Positions 9,095 to 19,500 of a stretch of DNA of 32,000 nt are shown piece after piece. Positions within the stretch are counted from its first letter, which is position 1. Each line of letters opens with the position of its first letter. Position numbers and translations under genes: made by a program. The stretch spans positions 330,001 through 362,000 of the forward strand of contig JAUIFI010000001.1 of NCBI GenBank assembly GCA_030429505.1, read 5' to 3'. Under the pieces are notes generated by a model. That model was not told the DNA's origin. It saw only the letters and a list, made by a program, of their open reading frames with translations, and did no database searches. Source of the stretch: Candidatus Saccharimonadota bacterium (GTDB lineage: Bacteria > Patescibacteriota > Gracilibacteria > UBA4473).

Positions 9095-12000
9095 ATGAAG
9101 TTTTTTCTGAATCACCTACGAGCGTTCCAAAATGCCAAAGGAAACCAATTTCTTTGGCACAGTGATGATGATCCCGAGGAGCGAATGGAAGTTGGTGGAA
9201 GTTCGGAAAATTCAAGATCAAAAGAATCTAGTAGTGGGAAAAAAATAGAAGAAGTCCAGAAAGAAGTACAAGAAGCTATCGAAAGAGCACAAAGAACTCA
9301 GGGAAGAAATACTGAGGATTTGTATGACAAGCTCAAGAAAGAAACAGACAGTAGATTACAAACTGCTACAGAAAAATTTGAGAAGCTCTTTGAATCTGCA
9401 AAAGCCCAGATGATAGAAGAGCAGAAAGGAAAAGAACTTACTCCAGAACAAGAGCAAATACTTCAGGAATTAGAAACGAGGTTTCGTGAAGCACACGAAA
9501 TAGCCAGTGAAGTAGTCATCGGTATTTTAGAAACAGGAAAAAGTACAAACGAACAATACAAAAAAGTTTCTCAGAAGGTATCAGCGTTAAACAAACCGCT
9601 TTTAAAGGTATACCAAGAATTGTTAAAAAATGAAAATGACCAAGAAGCGATTGCCACAGCAATAAAAAAACTCTCCAACCTTTGGAATAAAAATAAAAGA
9701 GATCTCAGAAGTGGAATTCGAAACATAAAAGAGATTCTTGATTCTCAAAAACAATTTCATCCAAGATTTAACCAAATGTGGAGTGAAGAACTCTTGGGAG
9801 AAATTGATAATATAGAAGAATCTATTGTTAATCTTACATTAGCCGAAGAGAGGGAAGAAATAATTCCCACTAACTCAAAAGATATAAAAAACTTGTATCG
9901 AAGTTTATTGAATCTCCAAAATCGAAGTGACTTCCTTGGTGGAGGGTTTAATTACCTTCGTGAAAAAATACTTCAAAAACTTGATGATTTTACTAAAAAA
10001 ATAAGTCAGCAAGTAGGGGATATGCCCGAGGTCGGAAATGCACCAGATCATATAAGCCTTAGTATAGTTCCGGCAACTCCCTCAACAACATTTGCCAGTT
10101 TAGCAAATGAAAGCTTGGATCAGCAGGAGCAAGAATTGGATGAAATAAAAGAGGATTTTCAAAAAAACTATCAAGAGGTAGCTCCATTTCTTCCTTTGAT
10201 AGTAAAAGATTTAGATCAAGCCATAAAAGCTTATCGAAGAATAGGAATTCAAGAATTAGGAGGGAGGAGGCAACGAGCGATAGAACAAAAATTAAAAGAA
10301 ATATATGTAATAGACGACCCCTATCTTTTGAATGATAATTTGCCAAAAGTTTTTCAGGCATGGCAACAAATAGATCAAGAGTTTAAAGATGGAGAAGAGC
10401 ATATAGAAGATATAGATTTCTATAAAGAACACCTTCGGGACTTGAAGGCTTTTAAAAATACACTTGTTGAAGCTGGAGAGGATTTAAAAGCAAGAGAAGA
10501 AGCTCTAGAAGCTGAAGCTAGAAAAGGGATGCAAGAGATTGAGAAAGGAAAGGGAAAAAATGAACAAACTTCTACTCATACAGCAGCCGGAATTACCCCG
10601 GCAGTTATCGGTACGGGGGGGGCGGAAGTAAGAGGAACTCCGGAGGGAGGAAGAGACGAAAGTGAAGAAAATGAAAATCAAGAAGAAGATCCGGAAGGAC
10701 AAGATAATCTTGAGCATGAAGAACAGGAAGGTGGCGAACAAGCACCAGTCCAGAATAATCAAAATAACGGTAATAATGATCAACCCGCAGTTGAGGAGGC
10801 TAACGAAGACCAAGAAAATAACGAGCTAGAACCAGATCAGGAAGATGGAGCAGGTGGGAATGATCAAGAGCCAGTACCTCAAAATCCAGAAAATCAAAAT
10901 GATGAAATTGCTCAGGCTGAGATTGAAGCAGGAAAACAAGAATTCCAGAGAGATTTTATCACCTATAAGGAAATTATTGAGCAAGTAGAAGAACACGTTG
11001 AAAAAGATTTACAAGCACTCGCCAATGGTCATTTAACCGAAGAAATCATTCAAGAAAAGTATGGAGTGGAAAGTTCTGAACAGATGAGACAGGTATGGGA
11101 AACTCAAGCTGGATTTAAACAGACTTTTACCGATATAAATCAAGAGTTTGAGGAAGGACGAGCTACTATGGAAAGACTTGGGCACTATAGAGGTCAACAA
11201 AGGCGAATGAAAAGGTATACAGAAAAAGCAGGAAGATTTTTAGAAGAGATGAGAGAATACGAACAACCTTCAAGAGAAGCGTTGAAAAATTTAGAATTTT
11301 TGGGAAACGAAGATGATCCCCCTGATCCAGAGAAGTTTAAAAAGAATTTTAAAGCCAAACAAAAACAATTTAAACAAAGGATAAAACGCTATAATCATCA
11401 TATTAAAAAAGCTCAAAGACATTTAAATGAAGATAAAAATCTTAAAGACAAAGATTTCAAGGAAAAATATGGAGCCAGTAGAGAAGAAATCCATGGAAAA
11501 CTTCAAGGACACCGGAATTTAAGAGAGGTATTTGATTCTGTTTGGAAACCTTTTAAAAAAGGAGATTTTGCTGATAAATGGCTCGAAAAATATAGGCAAA
11601 GTGAGACAGCTGCTTTGAGAGATTTTCGTGATTGGGGCGCAATTGCCAAAGCTTCTGATGAAATAGAGAAAAAAACAAAAGAACTTATGGGATGGAGTCA
11701 AGATTATGAGAACAAGAAAAAAAACATTGCAGAGAGAATAAAAGATCAACTCAAAACCTTTGATTTTAAATTTATCAGCATCAGTGGATTGATGTTGCTT
11801 GGAAAGCGTATTGGAGAGAAGTGGAAACGTGAGACAGAAGATCAGTTCAAAGCAGAATCAGAATCTCTTGGAAGCATTATACCCGGGAGTATTGGTCAAG
11901 AGTTTGAATTACTTGAAGGGAAACGTCATAGCGAAAACGTAAAAGAATTTGAAGGCTTATATGAGGGCAACGAAATCTGGCAAATATTCGACACCATGAA

Positions 12001-13396
12001 GAAATCAAAAGACAAAGATGAGATCATGGCATGTATTAATTTAGCGAATAAAAAAGGCGGTCTAAAGTGGGATAGTATTCCCATCTGGCAAGCACTCAAT
12101 AACCTTAAAACTGGAGTACGTTTCAATGTTCCTCATGATATAGATCACCTTTCATATGCAGAAATTGCAGATAAAGCTAGACGAGCTATTACCCAGGCAT
12201 GGTGGCCGGGAGTGTTTGAAGAATGGGATCGGAGTTTGGCCGGAAACCAAGAATCTATGGAAAAAAACTATGCCCGAAGCTTTGAGCGTGATATTGAAAA
12301 TATTCCCGGAAAAATTGCAGAAATGTTACGTGATTGGAGAAGTGGAAATACAGACCAACTCCATCCAGCAAAATTCCTTTATTACATTAAAAATGGATTT
12401 AAACGGGGAAAATCAGCCGAAGATTTTGGAGTGAGATATTATTTTCTTATTCAAGGAGTCAGTGCTAAAAATCCTCAAGGTGACACACTCTTATCACAAG
12501 AGACCTTTAAAGAACTTACCAAGGGAGAATACTATGCAGAAATGCCACATACAGCCTTTTTTGTAGATAAAAAGTCAAAGAAAAAAGACGGGAAAATCGA
12601 TCCAGTAGAAGGTATTGTGCGTCGATGGAATCTAAACGATTATCGTATTTGGGCACAAGAAATGGGAGATGCTGGCGGTACTTTTGACGTGAAACAAGAA
12701 GAATTAAAAAGAAGAATTCGTGATTTTTTCTATCAAAACATGAATATGTCAGAGAAAGGACGAGCACAAGCACGTTCAAATAGTAAGCAAGTAGATGGAG
12801 ATGATGGTTACATGGATTTCTGCGCCTTTGATAAAGACAAAACCGAACTTGAATTGCAAACTACACCACAAGGTCCAAAGCGTCCTAAAGAATATTGGGA
12901 ATCACAACTAAGGAGTTTTGACCCTTTTATAGAATCCATGTACGCTTATATGCAAGAAGGCGAGTCACGGTATGGAAATAGGCAATCATGGAGGGAAGAA
13001 AAAAATAACACCTTACGCTTTATCGGGGAAAGGTTGGAAAATGCTCTTATTGTTATCCATACAATTCAAGGAAACTATAGACCAAAAAAGCAAAGCTTAG
13101 TATCAGACAAACCTGTTAAAGGAAAAGAAGACCTCTATACATTTCTTAATCTTATGTTTGATTTAACGGCACAAGATCCAGATACCATTAGATATAGAGA
13201 TATTGTGAGAAATCCAAATATTAAAAATAATCAAAACTTGCAATCTCTCAATGCAGATTTTTTAGGAGGACCCAAAAAAGTAGGAAGGCAATTTATCACA
13301 GCTGAGGGAGAGGGGAAAAAGAAATATTTTTCAAACCCAGCAATCATAGAAGCAACACTCAATGCCTATATGCAAAGAAAACAAGCGAGAGCATAA
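9095..13396 (+). CDS. 1433-aa coiled-coil/acidic protein with a Trp-rich C-terminal domain, function unknown
   Basis: Long intact ORF with no signal peptide and no convincing TM. The N-terminal 880 aa or so are highly charged, with heptad-like helices. There is an 84-aa D/E/N/Q-only insert and three divergent copies of a module of about 135 aa. The C-terminal 550 aa or so look globular and aromatic-rich. No Walker A or HExxH motifs found. Confidence 0.8.
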   Translation: MKFFLNHLRAFQNAKGNQFLWHSDDDPEERMEVGGSSENSRSKESSSGKKIEEVQKEVQEAIERAQRTQGRNTEDLYDKLKKETDSRLQTATEKFEKLFESAKAQMIEEQKGKELTPEQEQILQELETRFREAHEIASEVVIGILETGKSTNEQYKKVSQKVSALNKPLLKVYQELLKNENDQEAIATAIKKLSNLWNKNKRDLRSGIRNIKEILDSQKQFHPRFNQMWSEELLGEIDNIEESIVNLTLAEEREEIIPTNSKDIKNLYRSLLNLQNRSDFLGGGFNYLREKILQKLDDFTKKISQQVGDMPEVGNAPDHISLSIVPATPSTTFASLANESLDQQEQELDEIKEDFQKNYQEVAPFLPLIVKDLDQAIKAYRRIGIQELGGRRQRAIEQKLKEIYVIDDPYLLNDNLPKVFQAWQQIDQEFKDGEEHIEDIDFYKEHLRDLKAFKNTLVEAGEDLKAREEALEAEARKGMQEIEKGKGKNEQTSTHTAAGITPAVIGTGGAEVRGTPEGGRDESEENENQEEDPEGQDNLEHEEQEGGEQAPVQNNQNNGNNDQPAVEEANEDQENNELEPDQEDGAGGNDQEPVPQNPENQNDEIAQAEIEAGKQEFQRDFITYKEIIEQVEEHVEKDLQALANGHLTEEIIQEKYGVESSEQMRQVWETQAGFKQTFTDINQEFEEGRATMERLGHYRGQQRRMKRYTEKAGRFLEEMREYEQPSREALKNLEFLGNEDDPPDPEKFKKNFKAKQKQFKQRIKRYNHHIKKAQRHLNEDKNLKDKDFKEKYGASREEIHGKLQGHRNLREVFDSVWKPFKKGDFADKWLEKYRQSETAALRDFRDWGAIAKASDEIEKKTKELMGWSQDYENKKKNIAERIKDQLKTFDFKFISISGLMLLGKRIGEKWKRETEDQFKAESESLGSIIPGSIGQEFELLEGKRHSENVKEFEGLYEGNEIWQIFDTMKKSKDKDEIMACINLANKKGGLKWDSIPIWQALNNLKTGVRFNVPHDIDHLSYAEIADKARRAITQAWWPGVFEEWDRSLAGNQESMEKNYARSFERDIENIPGKIAEMLRDWRSGNTDQLHPAKFLYYIKNGFKRGKSAEDFGVRYYFLIQGVSAKNPQGDTLLSQETFKELTKGEYYAEMPHTAFFVDKKSKKKDGKIDPVEGIVRRWNLNDYRIWAQEMGDAGGTFDVKQEELKRRIRDFFYQNMNMSEKGRAQARSNSKQVDGDDGYMDFCAFDKDKTELELQTTPQGPKRPKEYWESQLRSFDPFIESMYAYMQEGESRYGNRQSWREEKNNTLRFIGERLENALIVIHTIQGNYRPKKQSLVSDKPVKGKEDLYTFLNLMFDLTAQDPDTIRYRDIVRNPNIKNNQNLQSLNADFLGGPKKVGRQFITAEGEGKKKYFSNPAIIEATLNAYMQRKQARA
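10655..10906 (+). other. Acidic low-complexity insert (aa 521-604 of the 1433-aa protein)
   Basis: DESEENENQEEDPEGQDNLEHEEQEGGEQAPVQNNQNNGNNDQPAVEEANEDQENNELEPDQEDGAGGNDQEPVPQNPENQNDE. I find no Lys or Arg in the whole stretch. Confidence 0.85.
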
Positions 13397-13411
13397 GTAG
13401 CTTGATTTTAG

Positions 13412-13440
13412 TTGTTTTTTCCGTTCTAAAAAGTCATAAT
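13412..13440 (+). promoter_or_regulatory. Candidate promoter: TTGTTT - 17 bp - CATAAT upstream of the giant gene
   Basis: TTGTTT lies at 13412-13417 (the same -35 as at 6595) and CATAAT at 13435-13440. ATG 13479 is 38 nt downstream. No TGn extension. Confidence 0.3.
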
Positions 13441-13478
13441 CGTATCTGTAAAAGCCAACAATAGAAAGCTTTATACGG

Positions 13479-13571
13479 ATGTTTTTCTTCATACAAAAAT
13501 CAAACAAAAAAAAATCATTCCTCATATGGTTGATTTTGGTACTCATCTTTTTTTCCGTAAGCACGCAAGCT
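13479..13571 (+). other. Sec-type signal peptide of the giant protein (aa 1-31)
   Basis: MFFFIQKSNKKKSFLIWLILVLIFFSVSTQA|FF has a basic n-region (KKK), a hydrophobic core of about 15 aa, and small residues at -3/-1 (T-Q-A). Confidence 0.7.
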
Positions 13572-16500
13572 TTTTTTGATTTTTTCGATGATAATCTTCC
13601 CCACACTCCCGAAGTCAAGCGCACTCCTGTGGTTTCCCTGCTTGTCGAAGAAAGTTTGCTGGACAATAAAGACCTAAAAGAACGCATCGGGCAATACGCA
13701 CTCAATGTCCAAAAAAAAATAAACGGACAAGTCGTACAACTACCAGTTCCAAAAGATGCATCTCCTCTCGATATTTTTGAGGGAAATGCTCATTTGTATT
13801 TCTCAGGGTTCAATGCTGATGGAAAATCACAATTAGTTGGAACAGTTCTTATTGGAGATATCCCACTTCCTATCGTAGAAAAAAATGGGGCACTTTGGCC
13901 TACCATCTTTCCTTATACTGATATAGAAAGACCTTCATATCTTTGGAATGAAGCCAGTCAGCGGTTTATTTATAATCCCAAAGGAGACCACGAGCCAGAA
14001 ATTTGGCACGGACATATTTACTCCGACACCAATGGGGGAAAAAATATTACTGATCAAGAAGAGGCGGATGAGTTGAGAGATAAAGAACTCATTGCTTACT
14101 TTGATCAAAACCACCTAGTACATACTGGCACTACAACCTATGGAAAAAGAGTTTTATTTGTAGACCTCCTCCTTCAGAAAGAAGGACTCAATACCACCCT
14201 TAGATCTTACTATAATACTTGGGTAAACAATATCGAAGATATTCTCTATTCAAGGTTCAATAAACATTGGGCTCAATCAATCTTGGCAACAGAAAATTTA
14301 GAAAATACAGTTCCTTGGGGGCTTTTATCCGAATCTGCTAAACCTAAAAGTATTCCTAATAACTCAGAAAAAACATCAGGATTGCCGGATATTCAAAGCA
14401 AGCTCCTGATTGAAAAATTTATCAGACCTTATAGTAGTGCTTGGGCAGATTATTTAGATATTCTTTATGAAAGGATCAAAAAAGCTGGTCGTTGGGATGC
14501 TACTCAGATTGATACCACCATTTCATTGGTGACTCGTAAAGATATGGCTTCGGCAATCCTTCTCAAGGGGATGAATGACACCTTGGAAGCAAAGCTGAAT
14601 GAACTTCTCTCTTCAAACAACGTTGCCGCAAGTATCTCTGTTCCTAAAATTACCGATGACTATTTTACCGGAGGAGCTCAACTAGAAGGACAAACTTTGT
14701 ATTGGAATGGTGTAGACAGAACAAATCTTACTACCGAAAATTGTTCACTTCTTCGTGGTGTTACTAAAGACAACACTCATCCTTATGCCCAACTCGTAGA
14801 GACCAATAGAACATTTAATATTGATACGGTAGATTCTTGCGCTTCAGGATACGCAGGTTGTTGTGCCGATAACCTGGAAATTGACTCATCGACTCTTCGA
14901 TATTCTATAAAAACGTCTGGATCTCCCCCAAATATTGTCTCAGCTTGCTCAGTCACACAGGCAACTTTACCAATATTTGATCTAGCTGGAACACGAGAAG
15001 TCACATCTGGAAATCAAGGAGCTTCTGGATGTATTGACATAATAAATACGGATAACGAAGATCCAGATAGAACACACCGTTTTGACTCTCTTATGATTCA
15101 TAATGAGCCGAGAGTTACCACTATCGATACTCAAGTACAATCTATGAAAACCATCGCCATACCGGTCGATGATCCTCGTGGGTTTTCATTTTATGATCAC
15201 TCGAAGACATTCTACCGTCTTAGTTATTTCAATCTATTTGATATGAGAGATTATTTCAAATCAAGCTCGGATGTTACGAGACAGACCCTGCTGAAGCAAG
15301 AAATTCTCAACCAACTCGGAACCAAAATTCAAGAAATCAATACCATTATAAATACTGCCAATACTGCCAGCAATGCCAGACTTGCCGCAGATAGACTTCT
15401 CAATTGGCCTGGTAGCCCAGCTGGTGGAACCTGTAGCTATAGTCAAATAGAAACCAATCCCGATAGCTTTACTACAAAAATCGAATGGACAGAAACTTGT
15501 GTCGCTCCTATAAGCTCGGAAAAAATTGTTCGATACTATGAGACTGCTACAACTCTCTCTGAAGACGTTTTGAAAAATCTTATCCAGTCACTCGATATTG
15601 ATAAAGTGACCGAAAGTATCGTGTGGCTCGACAAAGATTTAAGTAACAAAAATAGAACTGTGCTTGAGAAGGCCTTAAGCACAACCTCTGTTTTTCAAGA
15701 TTTCTTCTTTGATGCCAGTTTCAATGGCTATGAATTTGTCGAAATTATTGGAGAAAAAGCCGAAGACAAAATCCAAGAAAACAAGGGCATCCTCTCTACC
15801 TTTGAACAAGGAGAAAGCGAAGATGGAGATTATGAATTATCAAAAAGAGAATCAAACAAGTTTCAAACGAAAGAGAAAAAAAGAAATACATTTTTAGGGT
15901 TTGATTTTAAAAAAATATTTGTCAAGACTGATGAAAATACTCCAGACAAAAAAATTATCCATGAAGACGTCAATGGAGAAACAAAAATCACAACAAAAAA
16001 TAATGCAGCATCTAGTGAAAGTTTTGTACGATCTATCCAAGTCATTCCTTCAGAAATTAAGCAATCTTCAACCGATTTAACACCCATTGATGTCGAAATA
16101 ACTCTCAAAGATAAAAACGACCATTTTCTATCATCAGACTTTTCTTCACAAGTAACACTCCAGTTTTCCAGCAATGATGCCAGCCGTTTTTTTACAATTC
16201 TCCCCGCAAAAACTCAAACTGTAACCAAAGGAAAAGCTACTTTTCAAATTCTTCCCAAAGGCGAAACATTTGGAGGCAAACTGACACTATCCGCGACAGT
16301 AGGAAAAAGATCCTCAGACCCAGTTCCAATTACCTTAACACCATTTTCACTATTGACAAATATTTCAAGAAAAGAAATTCCTGTAAAAAATAGTGAAGGA
16401 TCACTCATAACTGTAAAAGTTCAAGATCAAAACCAAAATCTTTCTAGGGTAAAGGATAATACCTTAATACGATTTACATCCGATTGGGGGAATTTCTCAA

Positions 16501-19500
16501 AAAATGGTTATACTCGAATTCAAGATGGAAAAGCTTCTATCCAATTTTATCCTGGAACAAAGGCTGGTCAGGCAAAAATCAGAATCGAAACACTAGATGA
16601 AACTGTAGCTCCGCAATTTGAAAATCTCATCATTCTTCCTGAAAAGCCTCTTCGTCTTACCATAAAAACAGCTTCTAATTTTCTTATTCCAGAAGGAGAT
16701 TTTATTCCAGTTGAGGCTATTCTTACTGATCTATACGGTAACAAAGTTTCAACAGAAATATACGAATTTATCTGGAAGACAGAAAATGCAAACACAAAAC
16801 CACTGCTTAACAAAGATTCATCAACCCTTCTCATCCAACCATCTGGTACTAATTTAGACGTGTTAGCAGAAGTATATGTCAAAAGTATCCCTTCACTTCG
16901 AGCTGAAAAAAGGTTTCCTACCACCATCAATCCGAAGATAGATATCCAAGCCTCAAGTACAGAAATTCTAGCCGGATCTGACGCCCCAATTTCATTATTG
17001 TTGACTACAAAAACCAGTCAAAATCAAAAAATAAACACTAATTTTACTGCAGATATATTTATATCTCCAGCAGATTTAGGAGAAATTGTACCCTCCATTA
17101 CATTCGAAAATGGACAAGCACTTTTAGAATTTTTCCCCGGAACCAAAAGTCGACAAGGGCAAATACAAATCCAAATTCCCGGGTTTGAAAAAACCATATT
17201 TGACTTAGAAATATTGCCCGAAAAAGCTGAAAAAATAAATTTGTCCGTCGATAAAAATACCATCAATAGAACCGATGAAACAGATTTGAATCTTACCATC
17301 GAAATTGTTGATCAGTTTGGAAACATTGCCACAGATTTTAAAGGAGAAGTAGCACTCGCTTTTAATGAGGCTGAAATTAGAACTGAAAGTCAAAATGACG
17401 TATTAGTCACACTAGGTGTCTTTGGGGAAGTGAGTAATCAAAAAGCCTATATAGATGAAAATATTAATACTACTGTAGGGAGTCAAGCTTCAGACAAAGA
17501 TCTACTTACCATTAGCGGAGGGAATCTGGTGCGACCTGAAAAAGGGAAGAAAACTGTCGAAGTAACATCATCGACCAAAACAGGACAAGTCTTTCTCACG
17601 GCTAAGTCAGAAGGACTAATCCCAGGGGTCGTAGAATTTGAAGTCATCGATTACTTGACTGTATCCGATATAGAGACACTCAATCCAAAATCACTCTTAA
17701 CCCTTTTTCTCAACTTTGAAGCAGGGGATAAGTCTACTGAAAAAAGCTTTGCCAATCGTTATCTCATGTCAGGAAATTCACAAGCCGTTGGTGCGCTCCT
17801 CAATGATCCAGATCCTTTTGCAAGAAAAGGCTTTATCGACACCAGTGGTGAAGTTTCAAAAGATTTAAAAATACATATCGAACCAGGACCTTTTCTGGAA
17901 ATGAAACTACAAAATTCTGATAAAATTCAAACTACCACTCGACTTAATGTCGTTCCCAACGCTCCTCTTGCCCTCGTTACAGAAAAGCAAAATAAACCTG
18001 GAGTTTATTTTCTCATTGATCCTAAACAAAAAGATGATTTTACTAAAAAAGAAAACACTATTCTTTTTCAAGAGAAACCACTAATAACCCTGCAATCTAA
18101 CGGTGGTATAACATTAGAAATCAGTAAGATTGAGCTCAAACCAACTCCTATTCATTCTCTCTTTGAATGGGATGTATTGATAGATGAAAAAACCCAAGCA
18201 AAATTTCTTATTATTCCTAGTTTTTCCACTATTACCGCCATTGATGATATCACAGAGAGTGGAACGAGACCTGGTATTTGGGTTCAGTCCCTTTCTTCTG
18301 AATATCAAATTGTTCCTGGATTGACTGGGAAAAGTACGAATGAGGATTTAGGCGTCTTTTTTGTTTCTACCACGACCAAAGAAGATACCGAGCGTTTACT
18401 TGGCTCACCACGTCACTCTATTGAAGATATACAAATAAATGAGGATTTGGTTTGGGAGGGACTTTGGAAGCCAGGTACATTTTTGGGAGCTGGAAATTCT
18501 ATCGGACAGTCAAATCTATGGGGAAGTAGTGATGCTTTTATTCTTCTAGGAGATCCATCACTCAATATCGCAAATGATAACACTCGTTCTTCAATTGGTA
18601 TTCAGCCAGATATCGGGAAACAAATCTGGAAAAGTCCAGTAGGAAACATTGATCAGATCTTAGTACTAGACATTAATGGCGACGGCAATGGCGATATCCT
18701 TAATCGAGTTGGCAAAGAAGTCTATGCTCTCTATCAAGACGATGAACAGCTCGATAATTTTCGTTCTATAGGTCCTATTCTCAGATTCTCCGATGGAGTT
18801 AAAACTTTGGCGAGTTTTGATAATGATTTCGATGGTTTTTGGGAACTCTTACAACTCAACGAAGCCGGACAAACTTTTATCCACAAAAATACCAATGGAA
18901 CATTCCATCGACAAAGCATTGACCTAGGCATTCCCAACACAATTCTTCGCATTGAAGATGCAAAGCTTAATACAGATGAATTTCGAGACTTATTTGTACT
19001 AGATGACAAAAACTGCACCTGGAAAATACTCGGGCAAAAGAATGGATTCAATAAACCACAAAACTTAGCTTGCCTGAATCCTGATTTCGTAAAAATAGAA
19101 GAAACTTTTACGGTGGCTGATAATCAGGATCCCAATGATCCGTATTTTACTCCAACCAAATTCAGCCATCTCAATCACTGGCTGGTTTCCTTTAATGGCA
19201 TTGAAAACGATTTGAAAGACGATCCTGACCAAATAAGATACCTGACTACTTTTGAAACAGAACGCACTCCTTTTGTACCTTTTTCCAAAAATAAACAAAT
19301 CGATACAAACCTCAAAATTACCCAGATCCAAGAAAAAGAAGATCCCAAACTCCAAGAAGGAGATACTATAGATATAGAACTCGAAATTGAATCTCAACAG
19401 AAGTTAACCAATGTACAATTTATTCCTTCTAAATTTGAAGGTTTTGCATTTGTAGAAAACTCTCTTCAATGTGATGTTTGCACAAAACCCATAGCATTAA

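Noticed and set aside
10059-10813. Minus-strand ORFs (100 and 102 aa) antisense to the 1433-aa gene
   Set aside because: These are shadow ORFs of the GAA/GAG/CAA-rich coding strand (Leu/Phe/Ser-rich translations), with no independent support.
13331-13705. 124-aa minus-strand ORF spanning the 1433-aa/giant-gene junction
   Set aside because: It overlaps the ends of two strongly supported plus-strand genes and the promoter region. It has a low-complexity, Ser/Leu/Lys-rich composition and no start context. This is a typical AT-rich antisense artefact.
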